From assembly GCA_027923505.1 (NCBI GenBank), contig BROI01000021.1:496001-560000 (forward strand): a stretch of DNA of 64,000 bases, in the 5' to 3' direction. The DNA is from Mayamaea pseudoterrestris. Lineage: Eukaryota. The notes below the pieces were generated by a model, which saw only the letters and a program-made list of their open reading frames with translations, searched no databases and was not told where the DNA came from. How positions within the stretch are numbered: the first letter of the stretch is position 1; the number at the start of each line of letters is the position of its first letter. Of the stretch, positions 33,696 through 44,767 are shown in pieces. Made by a program: the position numbers and the translations under genes.

Positions 33696-34808
33696 TTACG
33701 GCTTTACAATGTGTAGCCACTCCTTGTATTTTTCGCTCAAACGATCGTCGTTGCCATTTTGAATCTCGGTCAACAATTTGTAGAGCTGTCTCGTAATTTT
33801 ACCCGTCCCACCATCACCGAAGACAATCACTGATGACTCTTTGTCCGTTCCATCGGCTTGTCGATCCAAGATACTCACATATCCCACGGGAGTTATGCAA
33901 GCACCAGTACCACAGCAAAATGCCTCACTCGCATTAGCAAGGTCTGACAGCGTCAATCGTCCTTCAACAATTTCAAAACCACATTCATTTTTTGCAATGT
34001 CCATGATGGAACGTCGTGTCACTCCAGGCAGAATCGTTTCCGTCTCCAGGCCTGGCGTCACGATGGTCTTATTAGAAAACACGGCAAAAAAGTTACTGGC
34101 ACCAGCTTCTTCAATGGCTTCACCAGTCAGGGCATCCAAGCACAGAACTTCGTCAAAGCCGTTCTGCTTCACCGTATACTGGGCGCGAAAGGCACTCGCG
34201 TAATTGCCAATAGCCTTGACAGCTCCCGATCCTCCAGGCGCCGCCCGACTGTATCCCTTAACGGCTTGCAACTGAATAGCTTTCAAATCGCCTTTGAAGT
34301 AGTTGCCGACGGGTGACGCATAGATGCAAAAGGTAGCTTCCATGCTTGGTTTGACACCCAAAGCGGCCCCAGTTCCCATGAGCAAGGGTCTAAGATACAA
34401 GGCACCACATGAGAAAGGAGGCACCCACTTGGCGTTGGCGCGAACTACAGCGTCGACCGCCGTCAAAAAGACGTTGGGTGGAACGACTGGAAGAAAGAAT
34501 CGTTCGGCGCCACTGGACATGCGATCTGCATTCAGTTCTGGCCGGAAAATAGAAATGGAGCCATCTTTCCTTCGGACAGCTTTGAGTCCCTCAAAAAGGC
34601 CTTGTCCGTAGTTAAGGACAGTCGCTGCTGGCGAGAGCTGCAGCTTGCCCATTGGAACGAGGCAATCGTTCGTCGCGCGAAAAGGCGCAAAGGCTTTGCC
34701 GTCGGAGACCACCGTGTCGCACCACATGTAATCAGTTTCGACACCGTTGAGACCGAAACTGAAAGTTGACCAGTCAACGTTGTCGACGGGGTCTGCATGT
34801 TGATCCAT
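33696..34808 (-). CDS. BCAT: Branched-chain amino acid aminotransferase (PLP class IV)
   Basis: LNYGQGLFEGLKA, FRP..N..R, LYLRP, K..GNY, EEAG.SN, ILPGVTR, EAF.CGT; first in-frame ATG at 34808. Confidence 0.93.
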   Translation of the reverse strand: MDQHADPVDNVDWSTFSFGLNGVETDYMWCDTVVSDGKAFAPFRATNDCLVPMGKLQLSPAATVLNYGQGLFEGLKAVRRKDGSISIFRPELNADRMSSGAERFFLPVVPPNVFLTAVDAVVRANAKWVPPFSCGALYLRPLLMGTGAALGVKPSMEATFCIYASPVGNYFKGDLKAIQLQAVKGYSRAAPGGSGAVKAIGNYASAFRAQYTVKQNGFDEVLCLDALTGEAIEEAGASNFFAVFSNKTIVTPGLETETILPGVTRRSIMDIAKNECGFEIVEGRLTLSDLANASEAFCCGTGACITPVGYVSILDRQADGTDKESSVIVFGDGGTGKITRQLYKLLTEIQNGNDDRLSEKYKEWLHIVKP

Positions 34809-35094
34809 GGTTCTGATTGTGACTCTCCAGGAGTCTCTGATTGCAGAAGGCTGAAGGTGCCGTGTCCCGTGTCGACGAATGAGAGCCACCCACGTTAAAA
34901 CTGATACGCAATTTGTACAAGATTCGCGGCTGGCAGGACGAGGTTAGCTTCGTGCCATGGAAGCTAGACGTGTTGATGTCCTTGGTAGTCGTATGGAAGG
35001 CCGAGACGTGCCCGCCGACGACACAACTTCAATTTGTGTACCGGTACGATACATTTTTCAATCGTACTGGTACTAAAAGGACGAAGATCTCACC

Positions 35095-36456
35095 ATGGCG
35101 CATCTTCGCCATAAAATTGCCATGGCATCCCAGCTACACGCACGGCGGCGACAGTTTGTCGGGGACGCAGATCCCGAAACCGGAGATGAACCACTACATC
35201 CCAACTCACCGGAAAAGTTCCATCACGGCCGACGTAAAGCGCGTGTCAATGGGCTGAAATATGCCATTCTCGCCATCCTCTCCTTTCTTGGTTGCGGAAT
35301 AGGCTTGGGTTATCTACTCTTGCATCATCGCCACCGAAAGGTTATCCTACACATAATGAAGGACCCATGGAATCATGGCAGGGGCATTCTTCGTGGGAGA
35401 AACGGTTTTCGACACCACTTTTACTCCGGCCCGCCGCGCGTCGTGACGATTGTTTTACCCTCCGTGGTGCGACCACAAGGTCGGCCACAGCGATTGAAGG
35501 CCATTCAAGATACTTGGGGGCAGTATGCAAGAGCCATTTTTGTAGTTCACAATGTTTCGGAGTTTAGTGACGCATCGCATGCCGTATGGTCGCCCACTAG
35601 CGTTCCGGACGACATTTACAGCTTTCCACAGTTGCTAGTCATTCCTCAAGACATTGGTCCTGAGCAAGGGCTACGACGGTTGTACTACACCATGCAAATG
35701 ATACACGAAAAGATAAATCCAGATTTTGCTTACGTTGTTAACGATCATACTTTTGTGCTGAACGAACACTTGTGTCGATTCCTTGAGCAGCGAGATGCGA
35801 CGGCGGACATGTACGCTGGGCACGCATTGAAGGAGAGCGAGAAGAGTTCCTTCAATTCAGGAGCTGCGGGATATGTACTATCAAGAGCGACACTTGGGAA
35901 ACTGGTGCAGAAATGGAATGATCATGACCCAGAATGCTGGGAAGATCCCGACAAGGCGAGGGATTGGTTGCAAGGTAACCCTGGCTTGGTTACTGCCCAC
36001 TGTCTCCATAGCTTTAACGTGAAAACGTTTGATACAAGAGCTTCCGGCAAGTGGCACCGGTTTCACGCCTTTCCGTTGACGCGTGTTGTGGCAGGGAAAG
36101 TGGACGAGTGGTACAATCGCAAACACAAGGGAATGAGCACGTTCGAAGGCTTTGATATTTCATATGAGACGCTTTTACCTGGAGAAGATTGCTGCTCGAA
36201 GGATTCCATTTCCTTTCACTACGTGGAGCAGACAGAGACGAGAGCCCTCTTCTCAACTCGAGAAGCCTTGCTGAAGAATCCTTACATCACGGATCACGAG
36301 CTACAATCGTACATGATGGTCGGATGGCCAAAGTCGTTTGCCGAGCTTGGTGGCTACTCACGCGGTCTTCCAAACAACAATAGGGAGCAAGACTGGGAAG
36401 CACTTCTTGCAGTGGTGCGTAAAATATCTACAAGAGGAACGCAACGAGAATGTTAA
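35095..36456 (+). CDS. Type II membrane glycosyltransferase, GT31 (C1GALT1/Fringe-like)
   Basis: N-terminal TM, AI..TWG, N..L..FL, FNSGAAGYVLSR, D.RA.G..RFH.F, CCS.DSISFHYV. Confidence 0.8.
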   Translation: MAHLRHKIAMASQLHARRRQFVGDADPETGDEPLHPNSPEKFHHGRRKARVNGLKYAILAILSFLGCGIGLGYLLLHHRHRKVILHIMKDPWNHGRGILRGRNGFRHHFYSGPPRVVTIVLPSVVRPQGRPQRLKAIQDTWGQYARAIFVVHNVSEFSDASHAVWSPTSVPDDIYSFPQLLVIPQDIGPEQGLRRLYYTMQMIHEKINPDFAYVVNDHTFVLNEHLCRFLEQRDATADMYAGHALKESEKSSFNSGAAGYVLSRATLGKLVQKWNDHDPECWEDPDKARDWLQGNPGLVTAHCLHSFNVKTFDTRASGKWHRFHAFPLTRVVAGKVDEWYNRKHKGMSTFEGFDISYETLLPGEDCCSKDSISFHYVEQTETRALFSTREALLKNPYITDHELQSYMMVGWPKSFAELGGYSRGLPNNNREQDWEALLAVVRKISTRGTQREC

Positions 36457-36812
36457 TGTTGGGGGATTGTCTATTCGTGTGCCTCATAAGAGAGCGTTAC
36501 AAACGACTGTAAATGTTGCTCCCTTCTATACCGTTAATCCTACTACCTCTCCGCTCCGCGAATGTGTTTACTCCATGATATATTTGGCCTAGAGACGGTA
36601 GCTCGCATGCCTTGACGTTTTCGTACCACTTGTGTGTCCCACTCCGATGGGCTTTTCATTAGCGCGAGAAGCTTGATGACGGCATCACGCTGTCGTCGCC
36701 ATCTATTGCCGCACAATAGCGAAGGAGCATTAATTGCTTGCAGTTAACGGAACAACCGCTCGCTTTTCCTCACTAGCGACTTACCGTTTACGAAAGATAA
36801 TTCATCAATATC

Positions 36813-39800
36813 ATGGGGGCGACAAGTTCCAAGGCGCGCCTTACTCGGCCGCCAGACAATGAAATTCACACGGAAGAAATGGTAGGTCGAGTGCCACGAA
36901 ACGTTCCATGAGAACGAAGGAACGAATCCGTCTCACGTTCTCTTTATGTCTTTAACAGATTCTCGAACAATTTGGTGACGCATATGACTTGGAGCAGCAT
37001 AATCAAACCGAGTCTGATCAGTTCTTCGATGTAGACAACCCGTATAGAGCCATCCGACAATGGCATTTTTCCGACGCGAAGGGCAACGTCCAGCAAATTC
37101 CTCCCTTTGACCACATGCAGCAGGCAATCAAACCTGACACTGTTTTGCGCGGCTGGCTACAGCCTTCGAATATAAATGACAAGAACAAGAAGGTCAAGCC
37201 CATTTATGTCGCCATTACTCTATCTCCGCGCAGCCCTATGGATGGAGCTTTCGGGATTGCTTTTGACAGAACCAAACTTTTTCGCGGCTTTTGGGTCATG
37301 CGCCCATCCGATGAGCCAATCTACTGGTTGCAGGAACCTGACTTATCAGTCTATACAGAAGTGGAGATGTTACCATATCGTGCATTTATTGCAGTCACTT
37401 CCAATATATTTGACTTTCTCAATAGTCATCGAACGGCAGCGAAACAAACTGTCACTCAGATTCTCAGCGAGCATCATGACGCGTTCAGCGTAGCATTATT
37501 GCGCAACTTCACTGCTTACTGCGTCAAAAACTTGAATGGAAGCCTTCCTGGTTTGACACCGGGATGTCCTTTTTTCAAATCGGTTTGCAAGCTCAAGCCA
37601 AAGAATTTGGACGCAGACTATTTATTGAAATTGACTCTTGAGGCCGAAGGTCGATCACAGCAGTATCCATGGGGACAGTCAAGGGCCAATACTATCGGGG
37701 AAATTAGTGATGTGGTTTCAAGTGACAATGCTGCTGATTATGCTGGCCCAAACTCGGCTCGCTCCTTGAACCGATCGACAAAGCGAGGGGAAACACTTGA
37801 AGCACGCATTGCCAAGCCGCCTATGAAGGAAATCACGAAGAGAAGAGATCATGATGACGATAAAGACTCACCAATAGTGACGACGCGCAAAAAGCCGAAG
37901 ATGGAAATCGAGGAAATACATCTTTCGACAAAGAAAACGGTGTGCGCAGTTGCACCTAAATCGGCAGTAACGGCATCGAAGAGAGGGGTTGCTTCTAGAT
38001 CTGGTACTAATCGACCTCGAGCCATAAAGGACTTTCCGGCGAAAAAGCGAAGGAGAAAGAAGGAACCGGTAGAGTTGCCTGGACCCGACGAACTAGACGA
38101 CGACGGCGATCGCTTACAGGGACTGCAACGAGCGCTAGTAAGCTGGAACTATTGTGAGTTTGTAATTGTGAAACTGTGCTCTACTCATGTTTTTGTAATT
38201 CTCACAGAATAAGCTGAGTAGTTTGGGGTTCCTTGTGCCAATGACTGAGGAGCCTCGACACTGTTCGGCTAATGAATGGTGGAAGGAACTTCAGCACAAT
38301 CGAGCGATTCGAATTAAAGATTCATCGGCAGCGACTAAAGCGCTCAAACTTGCCGAAGACTGGAATGTCGTCACGGATTCCGAGTACTGCATGATTCTGC
38401 TCGAGGCCTTTCGGCAACGATTTCATTTCGAGTCGGCCCGACGGAAATCGTCACAAACAAAGAAAGTTGCCCATAAAGTGTTTCGAGACTTTATTTTCGA
38501 TAAATGGGATAGGGACGCTATGTCATGGATCAACGACTCCATCATTGCTCAGAAGCTGCCACCAGAAAACGCTGTTCAGTTGCTATGCTCGCTCCTGCTC
38601 TTTGTTGGTGAGCATGAAGACATCCAGACAGAAGGGCACTTGCGAATTTTGGTATCTAGCCGCAATATTGATCTACCAAGTTGGCTTGCAAAGGTACGTC
38701 ATTGCGTCATCGGCTAACTTGCGTCGTAACGTATGTGTACCAACACGCCAAATATTTTACAGATTCATAGATTCGTCTATGCAATAAGTCGAGTCGACCT
38801 CACCATAGCATACGAGTTGGCTATTAGCCGCGTCACAAAAGCGCAATCTTTAGCAATCACGTTGGCTGACAATGTCCAGCAAACTAACGCTGACTGCAGA
38901 GTTCCGATTCCACAAACAGATCTACCAAGAGCCCTTCAGCCTGCTCGACCCGTTTTTTCTTCATTGAAGTCATTGTGTGAGAAGAGTAAGCAGTTGAGGG
39001 AAGCATCGGTGCCATCTGTGGCGTCTCTGGCTCTTGAACCTTCATTTACGCGGACACGGATGGGACTAGGTCAACCGGGGTTTCAGATGCCGGCAAGAAG
39101 GGATGAAGGAACGTCTAGTCGTACTCAATTACACATGGAGCGACGACCCGCAAATGCCCAATTGCAATTGATGAAGGATGTACTGCCATTGATGAAGGAT
39201 GTACAGCCAGTGAGTCAGTCTCGCTTTCTTGCAAGTAATTTAAGGGCCGATTTCGGTGAAGGAAAGGTAGTGGGCATTTCGTCTGAAGAGCAACGATACG
39301 GTGCTAGACCATTAGACACCCTGCATCATCGAAAACACTCAACAACTTCCATTCACCCCGAGTGGACCATCGATCAAACTGTACGAAGGAAATTGGAAGG
39401 TAGTGCGCCATCACGAGCAGTAGGTGAATCTGGGAATGTCGCACGTTCACGAGTAACAGTCGCCATGCCTTATAGCCGGAACTCTACTGAACCATTAAGC
39501 GACGCATATGGTAAAAACTTGCGAAGGCACGGCGAGTCGATGGAGCCGCAGGCAGACAAGCATGTTAATTTCACGAGGGGACGCAGCTGTGATCAAGAGC
39601 ACGGGCCTAGCGACGCGATCGGACGACACATTTGCTCGGAAACAAGTCATTCGCCACAAGCACAGTTGTTAAAGGAGAAAGGACAATATGATGATGCACG
39701 GCATACATGCTCATATGGGAAAGTTGTTGAAATTGATGATGTTGAGAGGGGAGCTTTGTCTGATTTTGGTCGAGCGAAAGCAAGCAAGTACTACGATGTA

Positions 39801-39860
39801 TGCCAGTCTGGCGCCGCCACTGTACGACCAACAGTCAGTTGCCTATTCAGACTATGCTGA
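36813..39860 (+). CDS. Hypothetical 4-exon protein with N-terminal RFTS (DNMT1-RFD)-like region
   Basis: Introns 36882-36958, 38138-38207 and 38694-38762 link three ORFs in frame; basic NLS-like stretch KKRRRKKE; 3' end uncertain. Confidence 0.55.
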
Positions 39861-40063
39861 CCCAACACATTTGCAACAAAGTGGGACTGAGTTCTGACAC
39901 TCAGAAATTTTGGCATCGCAGAAGGCACACACTGATAATCACTGAACATGCTACTCGGACCGACTTTATCACAAGGTCCTCAACTCATGATGTAATAAGC
40001 TCTACTCCGGTAATGGTTGCAGTTTGTCAAGAAATTACATTTACATTTACTTAATCATTTGCG

Positions 40064-41578
40064 TTATTTTTCGATAGTTGCTTCTTTTACAAGAAATGGC
40101 CCTTGCTGCTGATCACGTGGATTCTGGCATTCTTTATCAAAAGTGGGGTATTGTTCATTGTTGATCCAGCTTCCGAAAAATGCAAAAGAAGCTGCCGCCT
40201 TGATCGTTGGAACCATGTGTCCCGCACCTCGAATGGTCAGGAAATCGAAACTGCCTTCATACCGCGTGACATAGCCACCCATTCGACGGCATCCATCGAC
40301 TGTCCAAGGTCTCCATCCATCGATTTCGGGGAAACCCAAACTTGACGTCCAATTCTCGGCGGCAAAGCTATTAATTGCTGGATCGGCGTCACCATTATAA
40401 ATTAAGACTCGCAGTTTTCCGTTAATCTCCTTATAAAAGCCAGTGAGATCTGGCTCTGTTGGAGTGTATTTGAAGTCGCCCTCTGCATTGTCCGTTTCAA
40501 AGAATGTTCCGCGAACATGCAGAGCTTGTCTGACCTGCGGCAACTGAAGATAGTCCAGCATTACAACGCCACCTCCACATGCGTAATCGTTTACTCCGCC
40601 CCTATTCAAGAGTCCATTACGATATGTACAGTCGTCATATAAACCATATTCGAAGAAGCCGCCAGCTTGAACGTACGCCTTGGCAACGGCATCGCCGCAT
40701 GCATCGCCGAGCGTGGTGGTGTGGTGGGTCTCATCTGACAAAAAGTGATGACGACATACCTGCATTACATTTTTGAACGTTTTCATAGGGAGCTGTCCAT
40801 GCCCTGCTAAAAAGAGCATGTCCCATAGTTGACTGGGTCGAGGGTCGTCAGCCAGCACGCCACATATACCAGTTTCGGTGCCGAGGCAACCGTCGCCGAC
40901 GGCAAAGCCTTGTAGCGTTTCGATTCTAGCGGGCGTATCATCTTGAAAAATTCGTCGCGCCAAGGTTGGAATGTAAATACCTGCATAGCTCTCGCCAGTC
41001 AGATATAAATTGTGCTGTTTGTAGCAAGGAAATTTGTTGTAAAAGGCTTGCAACGCCTTGTAGGCATTCATCGATGTCAACTCGTCCGTCCAGGCAATGT
41101 CTCCACAGGAATGAGACTCGGTATCATTATTGCAATAGCTGAACCCAACAGGAGCCGGCTGGTCAAAGACAAGTAGAGTTCCGAATCTAGCCCAGTTGAA
41201 TGGATTATACATTAATGATGGAATTTTGGATTCCCGATATTCGTCCGTCTCGAGCGATAGGTCGTTGAGTATCAGCGGCCCAAGCTCTGTGAGCAAGCCA
41301 AACAAGCTCGACGCACCAGGACCACCATTGCTCCAGTAAATCAAAGGCTTAAGATTGTCTTCGTCCCAATCATCCTCGGCAGCGACTAAAGTGTAGTGCG
41401 TGTAAACTTGCTGGCCGTTGAATTCGTAGCTGAGATATCCACTGTACCAAGGAGTCGGAAGTGGAGCGTTCAGTCCGGGTAAACTTCTCACAAAGTCGGC
41501 ATGGCTGCAATTGCAAGCTCTAGCAGCAGTAGCTAGTGATAGTGAGAGCAACAGCGCTTTATAGGCCGAGACTGCCAT
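40064..41578 (-). CDS. Serine carboxypeptidase S10, secreted or vacuolar
   Basis: Signal peptide, YSGYL, W.NGGPGASS, DQPAPVGFSY, GESYAGIY, YNGD.D, GAGHMVP. Confidence 0.93.
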   Translation of the reverse strand: MAVSAYKALLLSLSLATAARACNCSHADFVRSLPGLNAPLPTPWYSGYLSYEFNGQQVYTHYTLVAAEDDWDEDNLKPLIYWSNGGPGASSLFGLLTELGPLILNDLSLETDEYRESKIPSLMYNPFNWARFGTLLVFDQPAPVGFSYCNNDTESHSCGDIAWTDELTSMNAYKALQAFYNKFPCYKQHNLYLTGESYAGIYIPTLARRIFQDDTPARIETLQGFAVGDGCLGTETGICGVLADDPRPSQLWDMLFLAGHGQLPMKTFKNVMQVCRHHFLSDETHHTTTLGDACGDAVAKAYVQAGGFFEYGLYDDCTYRNGLLNRGGVNDYACGGGVVMLDYLQLPQVRQALHVRGTFFETDNAEGDFKYTPTEPDLTGFYKEINGKLRVLIYNGDADPAINSFAAENWTSSLGFPEIDGWRPWTVDGCRRMGGYVTRYEGSFDFLTIRGAGHMVPTIKAAASFAFFGSWINNEQYPTFDKECQNPRDQQQGPFLVKEATIEK

Positions 41579-41758
41579 GATGATGGTTTGAAATTTGGAT
41601 TCGATTGGATCTGGATCTCGATCTTGATCGCGGGCGCGCATCCTTCTTTTCAGTACCGTTATGACGCAAACGGATCATAATCCTCAACCACTACGACATC
41701 ACCCTCTCGACCATCGCTTCGCGGTACCGTAGCCCGCCACTTTTCCCACCGTTTCACC

Positions 41759-43061
41759 ATGGCGCCCCCTACCCAAGCCGGCAAATTTAAACCGCGCAAA
41801 CCAGCTAAACCCATTCAGGTGGGTGCAGCTCCGATTGCTGTTCCTTCGAATACAACGGCGGCAACCAGCGTACAACGACCATCCGCCCGGCAAGGTGGCC
41901 AAGGCGGCCGGGGAGGGCGAAGCGGCGGTCGGGGTGGCCGCGCAGCAGCAGGACAACAACAAGGACAAGTCTTTTTCACTGGCTCGAAGCGAGATGCAAC
42001 CAAACGGGGATCTGTTGCTGCTTCGGCAATTGTTGCAAAATCTAACAATGGCCAAGGTAATGTTGGACTGGGGTTCAAGCGAGGATCAGCCTATTCAATG
42101 GTTGGATCAAACGTTGGAGAGAATGTACAGGAGGAAGTTGTCGGATTAATGGAAGAAGGAGTAGGTAGCATGGGAACTGACGCGGCAACTGGTAGGGAAC
42201 GAACCGCAAGCAACAGAAAATACAGTGACTCCGCCGCGCCAGCTAGCAATGCGGAAATCCTTACAAGCTCTCGACAAACATTGGCATCCGCCATGGATCG
42301 CTTCATGTATGATTCTGATTCCAGTGACGATGAGGCACGACAAACCCAGTCAACATTTTTGCAGCCGATCCAACTGCCCATCCCGCCAGCCGACGAATTT
42401 GTTGCTGGGGAAGTCGCTAAATTCCCGTCGAAACTCCACCCGATGGAAATTACTTTAGCTTGGAAGGATCGTACGACGGAACAAAACTTACCCTACGAGA
42501 CGTCACCGTTTGCTTCCACTAGCAATATAGACGCTATACGAAAAGAAACGGATGGTTTCTTTTTGTGTCAATTACCAACGCGTCTAATACCGTTCCAGGC
42601 GACACCTTATGATGATCAAATCAGCGCTGCGGCAAAGGCTGATTTTGCAATGGCGACGGATCAGCAGCCCAGTGAAATTGCGACAACAACATCATCATCG
42701 CAATTCTGTAACCCGGCGGTACAAAACGTGTCTTTTGATAATGTCCTGGTGAAAGCTGAGCCTGGTCAACTAGGTCGCATGGTTGTCCACAAGAGCGGTC
42801 GGACGGTGTTGGAGCTGATTGCTCCTTCAGGTCAAGCGGTAAGGTGAATAGTTGTCGCATCGGACATTGTTGATTAAAAGTATTGATCTTCACACTCACT
42901 AGCTTTAATATAACCAGGTTCGGATGAACGTAGCCGAAGGTCTTACTTGCGCCTTTCGTCAATACATTGCGTGCATTGACCCAGACAAGGCTCAGCTGGT
43001 GGCGCTCGGCAACGTACACAAAACAATTGTCATAACGCCCAGGTTTGATAAACATGAGTAA
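41759..43061 (+). CDS. RPC4: RNA polymerase III subunit RPC4 (C53), 2 exons
   Basis: KFKP N-terminus, QLP, G.LG.M.VHKSG.T.L; intron 42839-42917; exon 2 V.EG..C.F.Q...LG.V......TP. Confidence 0.8.
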
Positions 43062-43244
43062 TAAACACAAAATGCAACGAAAGTATCTTTCGTGAGCTGG
43101 ACACTTTCCGGAAACCGTGTCGTGCGTCTGGTAAATTGTAAACCTCCACTGATTGGCAGGTAAAATGTACAGCCTAATCTTGTTATTAAAGCTCCATTAA
43201 TCTATTGCGGGTCAAGCCTCCTAGTTATTTTACTTTCAGAAGAC

Positions 43245-44278
43245 TTAGAGCAAATCTTTGATCTTCTCGTTCTTGTTGGTGCGGATCTCAAATTTGAGCG
43301 GCAGGAAATAGTCCGACTCGTCAGGAGGTGTGTTAATCTGGACACCTCCAAGAAGAGCAATCTTGCCATCTCCGCCAACCTCCTGGCATCCCGCGGCAAT
43401 GATCTTTTCCATGATTTGGTTCTGGGCGTCATAGAGGCTCAACGGCAGCTCAATCATCGGGTCAGCAGCCTTCTCCAATCGCTCCGCGTACGGGAGCAAG
43501 AGATTTCCAACCATAGCTTGTTGGGCGTCAACAACATCCGAAAAGACGGCTGGGTCAGCAGCTTTGATCTCACCACGGTGAACACATCCAACGTGTCCAG
43601 CGGCAGCGCATGCGGATCCGCAACAAGCACCAGCCTTGGCGCGTCCGCGACGGTTGACGACACCAACGTTTCCATCCTTATCAACACCAACATGAGGTCC
43701 GTAAACTACCAAGCAGCTTCCGCCATCCGGGATGTGGTGAGCGAAGGCTGTTTTCGTGAGAAACGAGTGCAGACGTGAGGAAATGTTGAGACAAAATTCA
43801 AATAAATCATTCAGCAAGACTCACCACCAAATGAAGTCACACCACCGAAGGGAAATCCAGCAAGGCCTCCCATGTTAAAGTTGTCAGTGTAGTGCTTGGA
43901 AAGGTCCTTCTCGAGGACGCGGTTAACTTCGTCGCAGCAAAGTGAGCAAGCGAGAAGCGAGCTTTCGCCGTACCCGAACTCCTTGAGCGTCGTGGTGACC
44001 TTGTCAACCAATTGGGCGTTGGTGATGGCCTTGGGGAAGGCCTTGGTGACATGCTGCTCAATCTGTGATGTGCCGCCGCCAAAGAGGTTGGAAAAGAAAT
44101 TAGACTGGACCTGCATGAATGATTCAACAATGCCGAAAACACGAAGTACAACTGATTGTCAGAGACAGTTCACACACGACATTATGAAACTTACCGCATG
44201 ACTTACGGCAGTGGAAGTGAAGAGCTTCTTTTGAAAACTGCCATTGTTGGCGACTCGGAGGACAGCAACACGCATCAT
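43245..44278 (-). CDS. theta-class carbonic anhydrase (LCIB family), 3 exons, mitochondrial-type presequence
   Basis: Exons 44278-44195 (or 44207), 44110-43825 and 43747-43245; Zn/catalytic motifs CCDEVNR, GGLAGFPFGG.T.FGA..HHIP, GPHVG, R.GR, CCGSA, LLGGVQINTP. Confidence 0.9.
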
Positions 44279-44767
44279 AATGGTTGTAGTTGGTCTTGAA
44301 ATAGCTTGTCGAAGGATCGGATCTGAAATTGTGACGGCATGGAAGTGGACATCACTTTTTGAATTACGTCATTGAGGCGGAGAAGATCGGCCGATTATGT
44401 AGGTCACGATGAGCCGCATCACTCGTGACTGTGACTCACAGCTCCGGGTTTTCTGTAGCAGAATAAGCCGTCACCGAGGCCACGTCCAACTTTGGAAAGG
44501 AGAAAAATGGCCTTGGAAAGGGCAAGCAATAACAATAATAACGATAGATGAATGAGTCTCGCTACGCGGCTGTTGTTGCCACAATTTTTCGTTGAGTCTT
44601 TCACTCTCACGAGCATTCCCTAGGTACGCATGTTTTTTCTATGTCGTGTGAAAATTGCTGCTCGACGTGAAGAGAAGGTTATAAAGCACGAAGCTCGAAT
44701 TCATTTGATCACTCAAGGTTCCCATCGTTTACCATGTTCGACAGAAATCTCGCTTCTTATTTGAACC
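44279..44767. promoter_or_regulatory. Bidirectional promoter between theta-CA and carrier-like gene, with bZIP/CCRE-like sites
   Basis: ACGTCA 44366-44371, TGACGG 44332-44337, CCGTCA 44468-44473, TGACTCA 44432-44438; TATAAA near 44680. Confidence 0.5.

Noticed and set aside
39168..39203. Short direct repeat TTGATGAAGGATGTAC x2
   Set aside because: A single 21-nt in-frame tandem duplication in a disordered coding region, not a CRISPR array or mobile element
29675..44278. GcvH plus mitochondrial theta-CA as a photorespiration cluster
   Set aside because: 13 kb apart with unrelated genes between them; proximity is probably coincidental
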